Shown here piece after piece: positions 10,403 through 22,366 of a stretch of 64,000 bases of DNA (within the stretch, counting starts at the first letter, position 1; each line of letters opens with the position of its first letter). The stretch comes from a virus (taxonomy: Duplodnaviria > Caudoviricetes). Location: the IMG/VR virus record IMGVR_UViG_3300021255_002539, positions 96,001 to 160,000 of that record. The stretch is one strand, 5' to 3'. Position numbers and translations under genes: made by a program. The notes under the pieces are model-generated. The model was not told the origin of the DNA. It did not search any database and saw only the letters and a program-made list of their open reading frames with translations.

Positions 10403-10473
10403 GGCGAACTCATGGGCATCGCCTTTTCCCTCACAACGCACATATTATAGCATATTTAGCTGGGAAAAGTCAA
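10403..10473 (-). promoter_or_regulatory. Early sigma70-type promoter with conserved leader hairpin
   Basis: TTGACT-N18-TATAAT with extended TG, then GTTGTGAGGGAAA and a GGCGA/TCGCC hairpin before the RBS. Confidence 0.75.
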
Positions 10474-10520
10474 TAGGGTTTCAAAACTTTTTCTGAGTTT
10501 ATATTTGATGAAAAACGAAG

Positions 10521-10602
10521 AAAAACGCCCGGAAATTGGAAGATTTGGATTGGAAGTTCAATTGGATAGACGAAAACCAATTTAGTTTTCCAATTTCCGG
10601 GC
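10521..10602 (-). terminator. Long hairpin terminator after the giant gene
   Basis: 15-bp perfect inverted repeat GCCCGGAAATTGGAA/TTCCAATTTCCGGGC followed by GTTTTT on the minus strand. Confidence 0.7.
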
Positions 10603-10609
10603 CATCAAA

Positions 10610-13600
10610 TCACTGTTGATATGGTTCGTAGACATTGTTGATGTGCTCGGTGTCCTTTGCGATTCCGAACATCATCTTGGATATTCTCCACGCGCAATAT
10701 CTTTCGGGTTCAGGAAGGGATCCAATAACCTTGTACTTGTACCACGCAATCAGGTCCAGACCTGGGTGGTTGGTCTCGAACACATCACCCAAGTTGTAGT
10801 TAGGTGGCAGTGCTGAAGTTGATCCCATTCTGCAGCAATACTCCCATTGTGCCTCTGTTGGAAGGTCGAAGTTGATGCCAGCTTTCTGGCCAGAATACCA
10901 ACCAACTGCCTAACCTGGTTCATATGATATGACCTCGCCACCATCCACACCATCTATTTCAACCTTCCTGGGCTTAGTCTCGTACACGACCTTGTTATTG
11001 AGAATGTCCATGAAGGAAGTCGTTCCAGTCCTTGAATTCATCTGGAACTCGTCGCCCTTTGTGTTCCTGGTGAGTTCATCATATGTTATGGTGTATTTCG
11101 CACCATCGCTTCCACCGACTTGCTTATATACCTGCCCCGTTCCCCTGACCTCGTTGTATGTGGCGTAGTAGTATGGGCGGGTGTCGTCAAGTGGCTTGTA
11201 CACTCCATCTTCAGTCAACTCCCGAATGAAAGTATCGTCGTCGTCCACAGTATATCCACCGCGCACTTGGACAACCACTGGATCAACTTCGATGATGTCG
11301 TCTTCCCACGCAATTCCCCTTCCTCCGGGTCTTGCCTTGTTTCTGTATTCCTCCTTCAATTGCGCCCACTCGTCCTTCTCCCACACGGACAAGTACTTCC
11401 AATAGGAACTCTCGATTTCACGTATGTTGGCACTCAACAATCTTCTTGCTTCAGATTGCGATGGTGTTGTGCCATTTGCCCTCAACTTGATGTAGCACCA
11501 CTGGGCAATCGTCAGCTCGAATGGGTCGATGAAGAAGTGCTTGTTGCGCTGGTATTTGCTGTTTTCTGTGTCTCCTGCCTTTATTGCGTACAAGTCATGA
11601 TCCACATCAGTGTTCTTCTCGACATCGACCCTCTTCTTTTGGTAGGAACCACCATTGCCCAGTGTCACGGTGATGTGGTCGTCAATCGCTCCATCTGGAT
11701 TGGATTCTATATCACGGTACTTCCTGGCTTCCATGTCAGTGACCAGGTCGTAGTCGGACGAATGGCTGCCCATCTCGAATATATCGAACTTTCTTCCTGA
11801 TATGCTTGGGATTCTCAACAACAGCAACTTGTCCTTCTTGTAGAGATCCGTGTTGATGTCGGGCAATGTCCCAAAAAACTTCATTGGGAACTTCCCTGCC
11901 GTGGATTGTTCATTGGAGTTCAAGTCTATTATGCACGAATTGTACGAGAACGAATTGGCAGACGACAAGCTCTCGACTTTTGTTCTGGCAGAGTTGAATA
12001 TCTGATCCAAACCAGAGACATCTTGAATTGGCAATGCTGCCATTTTCACGGAACTGTCCTTGTTGGCGTAGTCCACGACACTCACCCCATTTCCATCAAC
12101 CATGTTCCCAAATACCTGGGTTTGGTATCTATATGCCAATTGAACGGGGGCGGATTTTTGTATATGTTCGTACAATTCATCCATTTTCGGACATATTGCA
12201 GTCCATATGGCGGAATATGCTGCCTTGCACTAGACGGTTGGGTTTTCATTAACCGTAAACCCGTTAAGTTCAATTTCCGAACTATTTGCCAAACAATATT
12301 GAACCCACTTCCAAGCCTTTGGATAGGCGCGGGGTTGGGTTGGGAGATGTTCGCTGTCGAACAAATTCTCTCCGACAATTTGACCATATACTGACAAGGC
12401 ATCGTAATTGGCGGGGAGGTTTGTGCCATTGAATGGTCCATTGAGTTTCCATATTTTGTTGTCCAGAGGCTTGATGGAACCATTGTTTCCGGATGTATCC
12501 TCTCCAAATATCTTTTCATTTCGCGTTATTATCTTCAAATGACCAGTAACAACCTTGGTTGATTCGTTATTGTATGCGTACTCCAATGTAACCATGTCGG
12601 TTGGAGGGGTTTTGAATATGTCACTGGTTTCTGTCTGATACGACGGTATCCCATAACCACTCACCCGGCCGCCGTTTGAATCCAGGTTTTCACTGTATAT
12701 CATGCTCTCGCCAGACACAAAATACCTGAACATGCAAAAGTGCGATCTACTTGAGTTAATTTTATTATTATTGTGCAGGTCTATACAAACACCCAAAATC
12801 TCCATGTTCTCGTGATCCAGGAAATTCTTGTGGAAATAATCAAAGCTACGCCTGTCGTCGGAATTCCAATATGTGCTTGGGTTGCTGTGTGGGAGATACA
12901 CAATGTGCTTTTCCACCCAGTCTTTCAGACCGTCCGACCACCCGGCCGGTGGTTGTGGTCGATAAGTCAAATAGTAGTCTCTAACCTACTTCAAGAAAGC
13001 AACATCAATTGCCTGCCCGTCTGGCAACAAATCTATTCCCTCAAGTACAGCTGCATCGATGTCAGGATTACTCTTCTTCAAATAATTCACAATTTTTTCC
13101 CGCCAGGCCGCAATCGAAATTCCACCATTGGTGATGCTCAACCCACTTGGCAACCCAATCAGGAAATACTTGTATCTATCTTTCTACTTTTCGTTTTTAG
13201 CATCATTGAGGAATGTATCTATGTCATATGTTCTTTTGCCTATTATAGTGTGGTTGGATGTATATGGATTTTCAAGTCCAAATATCGTGGGTATTGCAGA
13301 TACCCATCTGGAGTTTATCGTACTCTATTTGTCTTGATAGGGGATTGGATTCCTCATTCTACCATTATTGCTCAGTATCCATTGCAGATTCGACACGACC
13401 AATGTACCGAAGTCCCATTTCGTTCCTGCCCATTCCTCCTTCTGCTCCTCATGGCAATCATTCCACAAGGCCTTTTTGTCGGTTCCAGTTGGGATAGAAG
13501 CATTTATCGTGCTCTGCCAATCTTCAGGAAGTTCAATCTTCAACATGTCCTTGAACATGTCTATGTCGTTGTATGGGAACAAATGTGTTGGGTCAGTAGT

Positions 13601-16600
13601 GTCGTCATGTACTGGATGGGGTGCGTCAGAATCCATCACGAACATATACACATTGGTTGGATCTGTGGTATTCGCCATGGAATCCATCAACCTGTAGTAG
13701 CCAATTGTCTTTGCCATTGTGTAGTCGATGGACTTTATCCTGTCTTTCTGGGCCTTTTTTGCTGTTGTGGTTATACTTTCTATCGTATAGCCCAGTTCAG
13801 CGAACCTTCCTTGTTTTATGAGTTCTTTCTGTTCCTTGGTCAACAAGTTCTCCGCCGAACAATCTGCCAATGGGGAATAGAATCCATTCAAATCCAGATC
13901 TTCTATTTCCAAGTCTCTGGTCTACGATAGACCCCCAACTCTCTTGTAATCCCAATTCAAATAGCCATTCTCCAATGTTGTCTGTCCATTCAATCCCATC
14001 CTGGTTGGGATCGGGATCGTCCAAGTTATCTTTTGTCCACCATTCTTTTTCTCCAGTTCAGAACCCCTAAAGGTGAGTTCTGTTATCCTTTGCTTAATCG
14101 GTAGAATTGATGTGATTGGTCCAAGCCAGGAGTTATACAAGTATTCCAATGAAGAAGAATATTCATTGCCGTCCAACCCGATTTCTGTCAAGTAGTCCCT
14201 AACCTAGGTCTTCAAATCTTCATCTCTGAACAACCTCAGTGAGTGGGGGTCTGGTGGTTGTTGGGAATCGTTCAACTTGCTTCCAGCATCAACATAGAAT
14301 GCCAGTTTGTTCCCACTCATTGTGGTTGGGAACGACACCAATTCGAAATCGAAATCCCTGAATTCGGCGTCGTTTGTGCCTCCAAAATAGTGTTTTGCCA
14401 CACGGGAGAACGAGTTGTCGAACTCGTTTGAGAACACGAATATCAACCTGGGGACATTCTTTCTGAACATGAACGCCTAACCCCTGTTCCATGGTCTGGC
14501 ATAGAAGTATCCATCCCTGATAAGCTTGTCCAACATGTCGCAGACGGGTTCGCAACCAGCCCACCAACTGGACAAGGTTCCATTGTCGTTCTACGCAAAT
14601 GGCCATTCGTATATGTCAGCCTTCTCCTTGGAGATGTCGTAGGTGAATAGGTTATAATTGTGCTTGAATATGTCCCCTTTCGTCGCATCATCTGAATATT
14701 TTTTGTAGTTGTCCCCCGATACATTGCCGTATGTCAAAACATCTCCGGATCTATATACTGGAACACCACAAAAGATGTCGACTTTCTTTTCAATTTTTTT
14801 GGAATAACGGGTGATTGTATGCCCCTTCCATGGATCACCCCCACCACCACCGATGAATCTACCGCTATGAGATGATCCACCAGAACTACCACCATCCCTC
14901 AATGACATTGTTGAAATGGATTCATCGTCGCCCACCCCAAACGACATCTTCTTCTGTTCGGGAAGTACATTGGATTTGACAGTTCTGATTGACGCACCAT
15001 CCTGACGGCCTTGCCATTCTTCCATGTACTGTTTGAACTTGTAGCACAATCCACTAGGCTGTCCAGATACATCCGTGCTGTTGTTTATCTTTTGTATTTT
15101 GCCGGTATGGTATGTACCATTAATAATATCGCGTTCTTCATCTTCTGCCAGGTCTATCCAATCCTTGCATTCAGGTTTCATTTCCCCGTCTTTGTGGTCT
15201 CGACCCTATGTATATGGTGAATTTTTCCAGAATGAGCTATGCCAGCTATGCCAATCCCCGGATTTTGTTGTTCGATTAGTAATTTTGTATCTGCAATATG
15301 CTGTTTGGCTGACATCCTTGACTTTCTGCCCACACATCATGTGAATTGTCGGTCCCAGGAACAAGGCGGATGCAACATGGCACTTGTCCTTGATGTCGTC
15401 GTTGTCGTTGCCGTCAGTGACTTTGCCAGCATATAGCTTTACGATTTCATTGGCTTGTTCAACCATCTTCTGAATTTGGCTGTCGTTTGATGCCGATGCG
15501 TCGAAGAGGAAGAACAAGTCAACAGGTCCAGTTACAACAGTGGAACCAGATTCGCCATATGCAGTGAATGTCATGGATGGTCTGAACCCAACATTCTCAT
15601 GTGTGGAGTTCTTGGACTTGTTCTGTTTTCTGCCTATGCTTTCCCTGGCTGGGGATATCGTGTTCCTCGCGAATTGATCGAACGCACCACCCTTGATGAC
15701 CTTTTCTGTAGTTGTAATATCCCCCTTGGTTCCAACGATGTGGTTTACAGACGAACCAGCGTGTCTATCGCTCCAGTCGTCCCTCACGAGTTCCCACACA
15801 TTGCCGAGCATGTCGTACATCTTGATGTCTGAACTGGGGGCATTCAATTTGCCAACCCTGTGAATCATGTAGTCGTTGTAGGACCACTCGTATCTCCAAT
15901 AGAGGCTTGGAACAACCTGGAATGTTATGCCCTTCATGTCCTCCACCGTGAGATCGTGTACATCCTTGTCCATCGTCTCCATCGAGGTGTATACTGGGAC
16001 AACCTGCTTGTTCATCACAGTTTGTTGTATCCTGCGAACCCATCTGTTCGTTACATCATCTGGGTGATATTCAGCAAATGGATACATCTGGTCCAGGTCA
16101 ACCAACTGGCCAAACCGCTCTGTCGTGTCAACTAGGCTCTACTGGAGTGTCTGGAAGTCTCCAATTACATATGAGGTTGGGAGGTCGCCATACTTGTGCC
16201 CCTTGAAGTAGCCATGCAGGTCTTCCTCTCCTGCATTTGGTTGGTCTGGCCTTATTCCATCCTCGTCGTCTGAGGCATCCATTCCTGCCAGGGACAGAAC
16301 CCTAAACGAGTCTGTGCTTTCCATTATCTCCTTGTAGGTCAATGACGCTCTGGCCATGTCGTTTGACACGAGTTGGCTGAAGGTGCTGTACTTGTTGCTC
16401 AACCTGCGCTTTTCAGCAGCAATCTCGTCATTTGTCAACCTCACATCCCCAGTGAACAGAACGAGCGAGGCCTGATGCTCCCTGGCGTTCCTCTCCAGTA
16501 TGGATGTCACCTCTATGAAGGAGTTTGTCCACTTCACCAGGCAAGGTTCTCCATAGTTGGTGGAGATGTGGTCTATGTCTCCGAATGTGCTGCGCTGTCC

Positions 16601-19600
16601 TCCAAGCGTCTTCTGCCTCGCCTTGAATGTCCTGTAGATGCCCTTGACAATCTTCTTGGTGTATGTCTCCAGCTGGGTCCAGGATGTCATATCGTCACCC
16701 AGTTCCCTGTTCCTGTTCTTGAAGTACTTGATGTAGGCGTAGTGCCGAACCACATTCCAGAGGTTCCACACAATCTGCCTATTCTCCATCGAACCAAGTA
16801 TGTCCTTGTTCAAGTCCCCAGGCACGGCCTTTGCCACCATGTCTGTCTCACCATTGGAGTACTGTCCCATGAAGTACTTGTCGGCAATTGGGTCTTCGTG
16901 TTGGTTCGTTCCAAAGTCGTTGCTTGGGTGGTGTACCTTCCACTTCTCGTCAGTTCCAGCGTAGTTGGGATCGAACGCCCCCTTGTACACATTGCCAGAG
17001 TTGTCTGTCGTCAGAACGGCGTGTCCATTCGCGTCCTTCGCGAAGTCGACTCCCAGGGTATGGGCGACCGCATGCCACCTCTGCTCGTCCTTCACGATTG
17101 GCTTGTGTACCTCTTCCCCAGTGGCAGTAACAGTGGTCTCCTCGTCCTGCCTCTCGTGTGCGCAACTCCAGCACCAACCACCCTCTTGGTAGTTCAACTT
17201 CGCGCTGCTGGACAATCCATAGCAATCCACATCTGGACCGTTGTTCTTTACGCCCCTGTTGTCCCACCAGAACACATATGGCATTATGTCCTCAATCTCC
17301 ACCACCTGATCAATCTAGTCCATTGGCTCAACCATCGTGATGTAGAACCAAACGGAATCCTCGTCGAAATCGTCTATCGCATGTGCCTGACCCAGGTTGT
17401 ACTGGTACTTTGGCGAATTCACATAGGAGCCCGTCATGTCATAGTCGTCAACCCAATCCTGCAGGGGGAACCTGGGATTGTCTGGGAGGTTTTCGTATGC
17501 AGATCCATAGACGCCATTGTAGGTGTCTGGTTCGTGGTCCTGGTTGGTGTCCAACATCGTCAACTGCTTAAGTGTGTTGAGCGAAATCAAGTTGTTGTGC
17601 AATTTGGAGAGGATTCTGAGGTTGTTGTCCCCATGGTGATGGCGCGCCAGGAACTCGCAGGAATCCACCATGTCGCCGAAGTTGGGGTCAGCGCGCCTGT
17701 CCATGAAGGACTGCTCGAATATGACGCCATTTATGTGGTTGGAGGTGGTTGGGAATGCGCCAGAAGTCAAATCCAACATGTCACTGTACACTTCGCCATT
17801 GCGCCCCTTGTTGAAGAACGGCTGCATGAAGTATGTCCAATCCCTGTTGTTGTACAGCCAGCACCATGTATTGGCCGCCTTGTCCTCCCTCGTTGTTGGG
17901 TCGATGTATATCCTCTGCAGGTCAGAATCCATCTGCAGGAAGTTGCTGCCACACACATGGTTGTGGTGGTCGTAGGAGGATGGAACATACAGCGCGCCCT
18001 CGTTGTACTCCATGTCAACCATCGTCTTGGATGGGATTGTACACCAACCGAAAACGCCATAGTCGTTCTTCTCGTCGCAATCGCACTTCAAGGTCTGACC
18101 CTGACAATCGTCGAATATGTCCCTGACCTCTGGCATCGCAACTGGCCTGTACTTCTTCACGGTGGATGTGAACGTCTGAACCTGCTTGTTCGTCCTCGCA
18201 ATTGGATTCAACTTGTGCTTGATGAAGTCGGTTATGTCTGTTGGGGATTGCACAGAGGTGTTCTCGTACAGGCAAATTGGGCTGACGACATACATCATTT
18301 GCTCGTCTGCCAACTCTGGATGCAGTCTTTGACTTTGCTCTGCCCCAGAATCCCTTGTCTTGTTGACCCCCAACCACTCCTTCTTGTAGTCGTAGAAGTA
18401 GTGGAAGTCGTTGTACTGAACGCCAGTAATCTCCACGTTCACTGGGCGTATTCTCCCCTGGGCATATTCGCCAGAAGTACAACATATCAACCTGTCTCCC
18501 TGAACTTGGTTTGCGGCATGGAAGTTGGAGAACTTCAACTCGATGGTTGGCTCAAACGATATCCACTTCTTGTCGTCCTGGTTGTGCCAAACCTGATTGT
18601 CGTCTGGTCTCTCGCACACAATCTTGTCCTCGGATCCAGCTTGTTCACAAACCACCTTGTCCCCCTCTCCAACGCACATTATGTCAGAGCCAGTTGTGTA
18701 GCCATACCACCAATTGGATGGCTCGGGGACATCAATCTTGAGGAAGTACTCCTGGTGCGCGATGTCCAGGTTGATCTTGAGCAAGGCATTCAACAAAACC
18801 TCAACGTCGCCTATGTCCATTATCGACAACTGACGGAAGTCGTTTTCCTGCTACTTGTATGTTGGTTCCCCATACATGTCGACCAGCATCTTCACATATG
18901 GGCAATTCCACAGTTCCTCGAAATGCTTACCACTTGCAGTTGGGTCCAATCCACACAACCCACAATGAAAACTGGATTCGGTTGAGTCAACAACGAGGTT
19001 GGAGCAATCAGAAAACACATCCTAGTCAATCTACGACTGTTCAACCTCCACGGGAATTTCGTTGTCTTCTTGATGCTCAATGGATCCAAGGTCCATCTCC
19101 ACAACCTCGTCGTAGACAGCGACAAACACCATGTCAGAAAGCACCGTGAAGGATGAGGACAAGTTGCCAGACTCCAGCAGCCAATATCTGAACTTGAACT
19201 GGTGTCCATCATCCGTAGTGTAGTGGTTCTGAATGTGGAAGTTTGGAATTCTGCAGTTCTGAACGACATCAAACCTCTGTTCTGTCCTGGTCCCACCCAC
19301 ATCCATGTACTTGAACACGACATTGAGCATGCTGTTCTTGATTTCAACGACAACAGCCTCGTTCACAACGCCGTATTCTGGCATTTCTCCATTCTCGCAA
19401 ACAATTGGTTCTGATGTATCACCACACACAATTGGCTCGGCGTCTTCTCCACATACCACAAACTCGTTGGAATCGACGCCACCTATGTAGCTGCCATTTG
19501 GAATCGTCCAACCACCAAACTTGAATTCAGTATCCACCAGTTGTGGATCGTGGTCTGGAACGACCATTTGGTTCTTCTTGTTGTCTATCAGAACCTCGCA

Positions 19601-22252
19601 ATAGAGCTTTTCCCCAACAGTGAACTTGACCTTGTATACAGAATCCTCCCACATCGCCCGAAACGTCAAAACTGGTGGTTTGTCCATGTTGTACACGATT
19701 TGGGGAGTGAAGTTCTTTCCAGGGTACAATGTATATGTCGTGTTCCCAAGCGAGTATTTCCAACTGCTGAACCTCCCCGTCTTGACCTTCGGGGATTCAT
19801 ACCCACTTGTTGGTTGCCATGAACTGTCGTCGTGGTATGTGTATAGCGACTCTTCCTTGGCATATTCGTACCCACATGCCGGCACTGGAGTCGACTTGCC
19901 AGACTATACAACGATTGGGTCCATGTGCCCAGATACAGACGAATCGTCGCTTTGGAACTGCACTATGTAGTCGGACACCCACATGGCGTGTATTGTCATC
20001 GTGGTCTTGCCATATTCGAAGTTCTTGGGAGTCAGAACCGACTTTGTCGTGTAATCGACTCTTGAACCACCACTGGTCTTGCTGAACCCAGACAGAACAT
20101 AATTCACTGTCTTCCCATTTGCCGTGAATGTTGGCTTTTCCACGACAACCAATTGGGACAAGTCGAATTCGCCTCCAGCATCCTCGAATTGCACATGCAG
20201 GATGTTGCTTCCTGGCATCCATTCGGCAGAACCATCGGGGAACTGTATGTTGCCATGCGCCCCACCCTGCCAGGTCATGAATGCAGTCGTTGAGCAGTCT
20301 ATGAACAAGTCCCAGGTTCCAGTATAGTTGTCCTAATCTGAGGTAGCCCTGGCCAACATCGTCTTCGCAATTGGCGTATCCAGGAACTCCCTTGGGCTGG
20401 ACGCCTGCCTATCGAGCAATGGGCACAAATCCCACTTCTTGTCCAGCCAGTCCATCGTCTGCTTGGAGAGAACCTGGTTGAACTCCCTCAGCACTGCGCG
20501 TTCGTTTTTGTCCAGGACATCACTGTTGTTCTCGTATGTCTTTAGCTTCGTGAGGTATCTGAGGTAGTCCTTCCCCACTTCGTCTTCTGTATCGTAGTAT
20601 ATCCCCAAGTCGTGGTCAGACTTCTTGAGTGAGTCAGTCGTCAAGTACTTGTAGCCAGAATCCAGGTTGATGTGCCTTTGGAAGGTCTCAGTTGGCGTTG
20701 ACTTGAACTGAAGGTATTTGTATATCCTGGAGAACACGCGCTCGATGACGATGGCGCACTGGGATTCAGAATAGTACTGCGCATTTGCCTCGGTGAATTC
20801 CTCAACCCCATTGGTGTTTGGGTTGAATATGTTGAGGATATGTTCGTTCTGCACAACCGAGAAAGCGTCAACCAGTGCATCGAAGCCAGAAGCGACCATC
20901 TTTGGCAGGACAGACCCCTTCATGTCGGAAACGAAGTTTGGCTTGGTGTACTTCCCATCCTCTGGTACTGCAATCTCCATCAACTCGCAATACTCCCTGC
21001 CAGACATCACCTCGTATGCCCGTCCCAGGTGCAAATTGGTGTACCTCGTGAACCTGGAGTACCCATCGAAGCTGGAGTATACCTTGCCCTTCTGCTCGAA
21101 CCAATCGAAGTCAGAAGCATATGCTGTCACCTGTCCCCTGTAGCCCTCCAATCCACGCACCAACCCGCAAATCTTCTTGAGGACACCCCTGGGAGTCGTG
21201 TTCTCCCTTCTGTCGTTTCTGATTGCGCTTGATTTCAACTTGTACTTCTGCCACAAATCGTCGTCCCATACAACCTGTTCACCCTCCTTCTTGTGGGGGT
21301 TCATGTTCATGTACCTGTCGTCGAATGGATATTGGGCGTCAATCTGCCTGTAGAGCAATTGATACCAAATGTCCAACGCCAAGATGCCCTCCCATTGCGT
21401 GTGTGGATGCTTGAACCCATATACCTCGTGGCACATTCTGATGTTGGAGAGCTTTGCGAACAAGGATGCCAAGTGTTCGCAGAAGGTGTAGATGTAGGCC
21501 CTCTCGTCCTGCTCCAACACAATGTTCCTGAACTTGTCCTTCGCGTCCTCCAATTCCTTCTTGAGGTTGCCCAGTTCGTATAGCTTTGATGTCAACTTGT
21601 GCCTGTTCTTGTCGACTTGGTTTTCCTTGACATCGTATACCCCAGTGTTGTAGTCGGTTAGGAACTTGTCTGAGTATATGCCAGTCATTGGTATGTTCTA
21701 ATCGCCAATTCTGTATTCACCCACCTGCGAATAGTCCACAAATGGCGTGTATGTGAAGGAATCCACGAAGAAGCCACCCATGGACTCGTTGAACTTCTGC
21801 CCGAACTCGTTGTTGAACTCTGCGAATTGACCACTGACGTTCTTCAAACCACACCAGGTGCTGCCCTCTGCGACAGAAAACCCCTTGAACCCACCCCGAT
21901 TGTCCGAGTAGAACGTCAACCCATCCTTGAACAAGTTGAAGTCAGAAGAGAACATGAGGCCAGAGAAGTCCTACAGGACAATCCTCTCAATGTGGTCGAA
22001 TGGCGTATTCAGCCTGTCCATTATGTTGGGCCAGTACTCGGGGTTGTTGTTCACCAGGATTTCAGATTTGGTGTTATCGGGCTATAGTGCCGACCTGCCA
22101 TCCTCAACCGACGGTGCAGTATATGTTGGAGGCAGGTTCTGAAGCATCTCCTTGCGCACCTCGTAGTCAGTACGCTCCTTCTTCATCACATCGCGAATCA
22201 GCTTCTGAACCTGATTAGTTACCCGTTCTTTCAATTTGTCAATGTAGTCCAT
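10610..22252 (-). CDS. Giant (~3,880 aa) multidomain protein, probably virion or adhesin, with InlB B-repeat-like, FGE-sulfatase/CLec and vWA motifs; 20 in-frame TAG
   Basis: 15 track ORFs are all in one frame; I read every junction and found only TAG; ends TGA at 10610. Motifs YDMLGNVWE, GGAF, NVGFRP, LFDASAS, LPTEAQWEYCCR. An alternative TTG start exists at 22276. Confidence 0.85.
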
Positions 22253-22303
22253 GATCTTTCGTCTATCACTATCCAATCAAGGACTATTTACCATTCCATG
22301 AGC

Positions 22304-22339
22304 AAAAAGAAAGATGTCCCGGGAAACCCCCAGGACACC
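22304..22339 (-). terminator. Intrinsic terminator after nrdD
   Basis: GTCCTGGGGGTTTCCCGGGAC stem-loop followed by a T-rich tract. Confidence 0.65.
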
Positions 22340-22366
22340 ATCATCATCCACAAATGGAATCAAGCA

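Noticed and set aside
15575-15900. Diversity-generating retroelement target (CLec/FGE fold)
   Set aside because: I saw no reverse transcriptase or adenine-variant TR/VR repeat pair in the window; one could exist elsewhere in the genome.
16373-18985. 870-aa plus-strand ORF and similar long antisense ORFs (3026-4138, 9008-10111, 38389-39516, 60781-61830)
   Set aside because: They are shadows of real minus-strand genes caused by codon bias; they have no motifs and an atypical composition.
10610-22276. Pseudogenes or sequencing errors as the cause of the fragmented ORFs
   Set aside because: All interruptions are TAG in a constant frame, with no frameshifts, TAA or TGA, including in essential genes.
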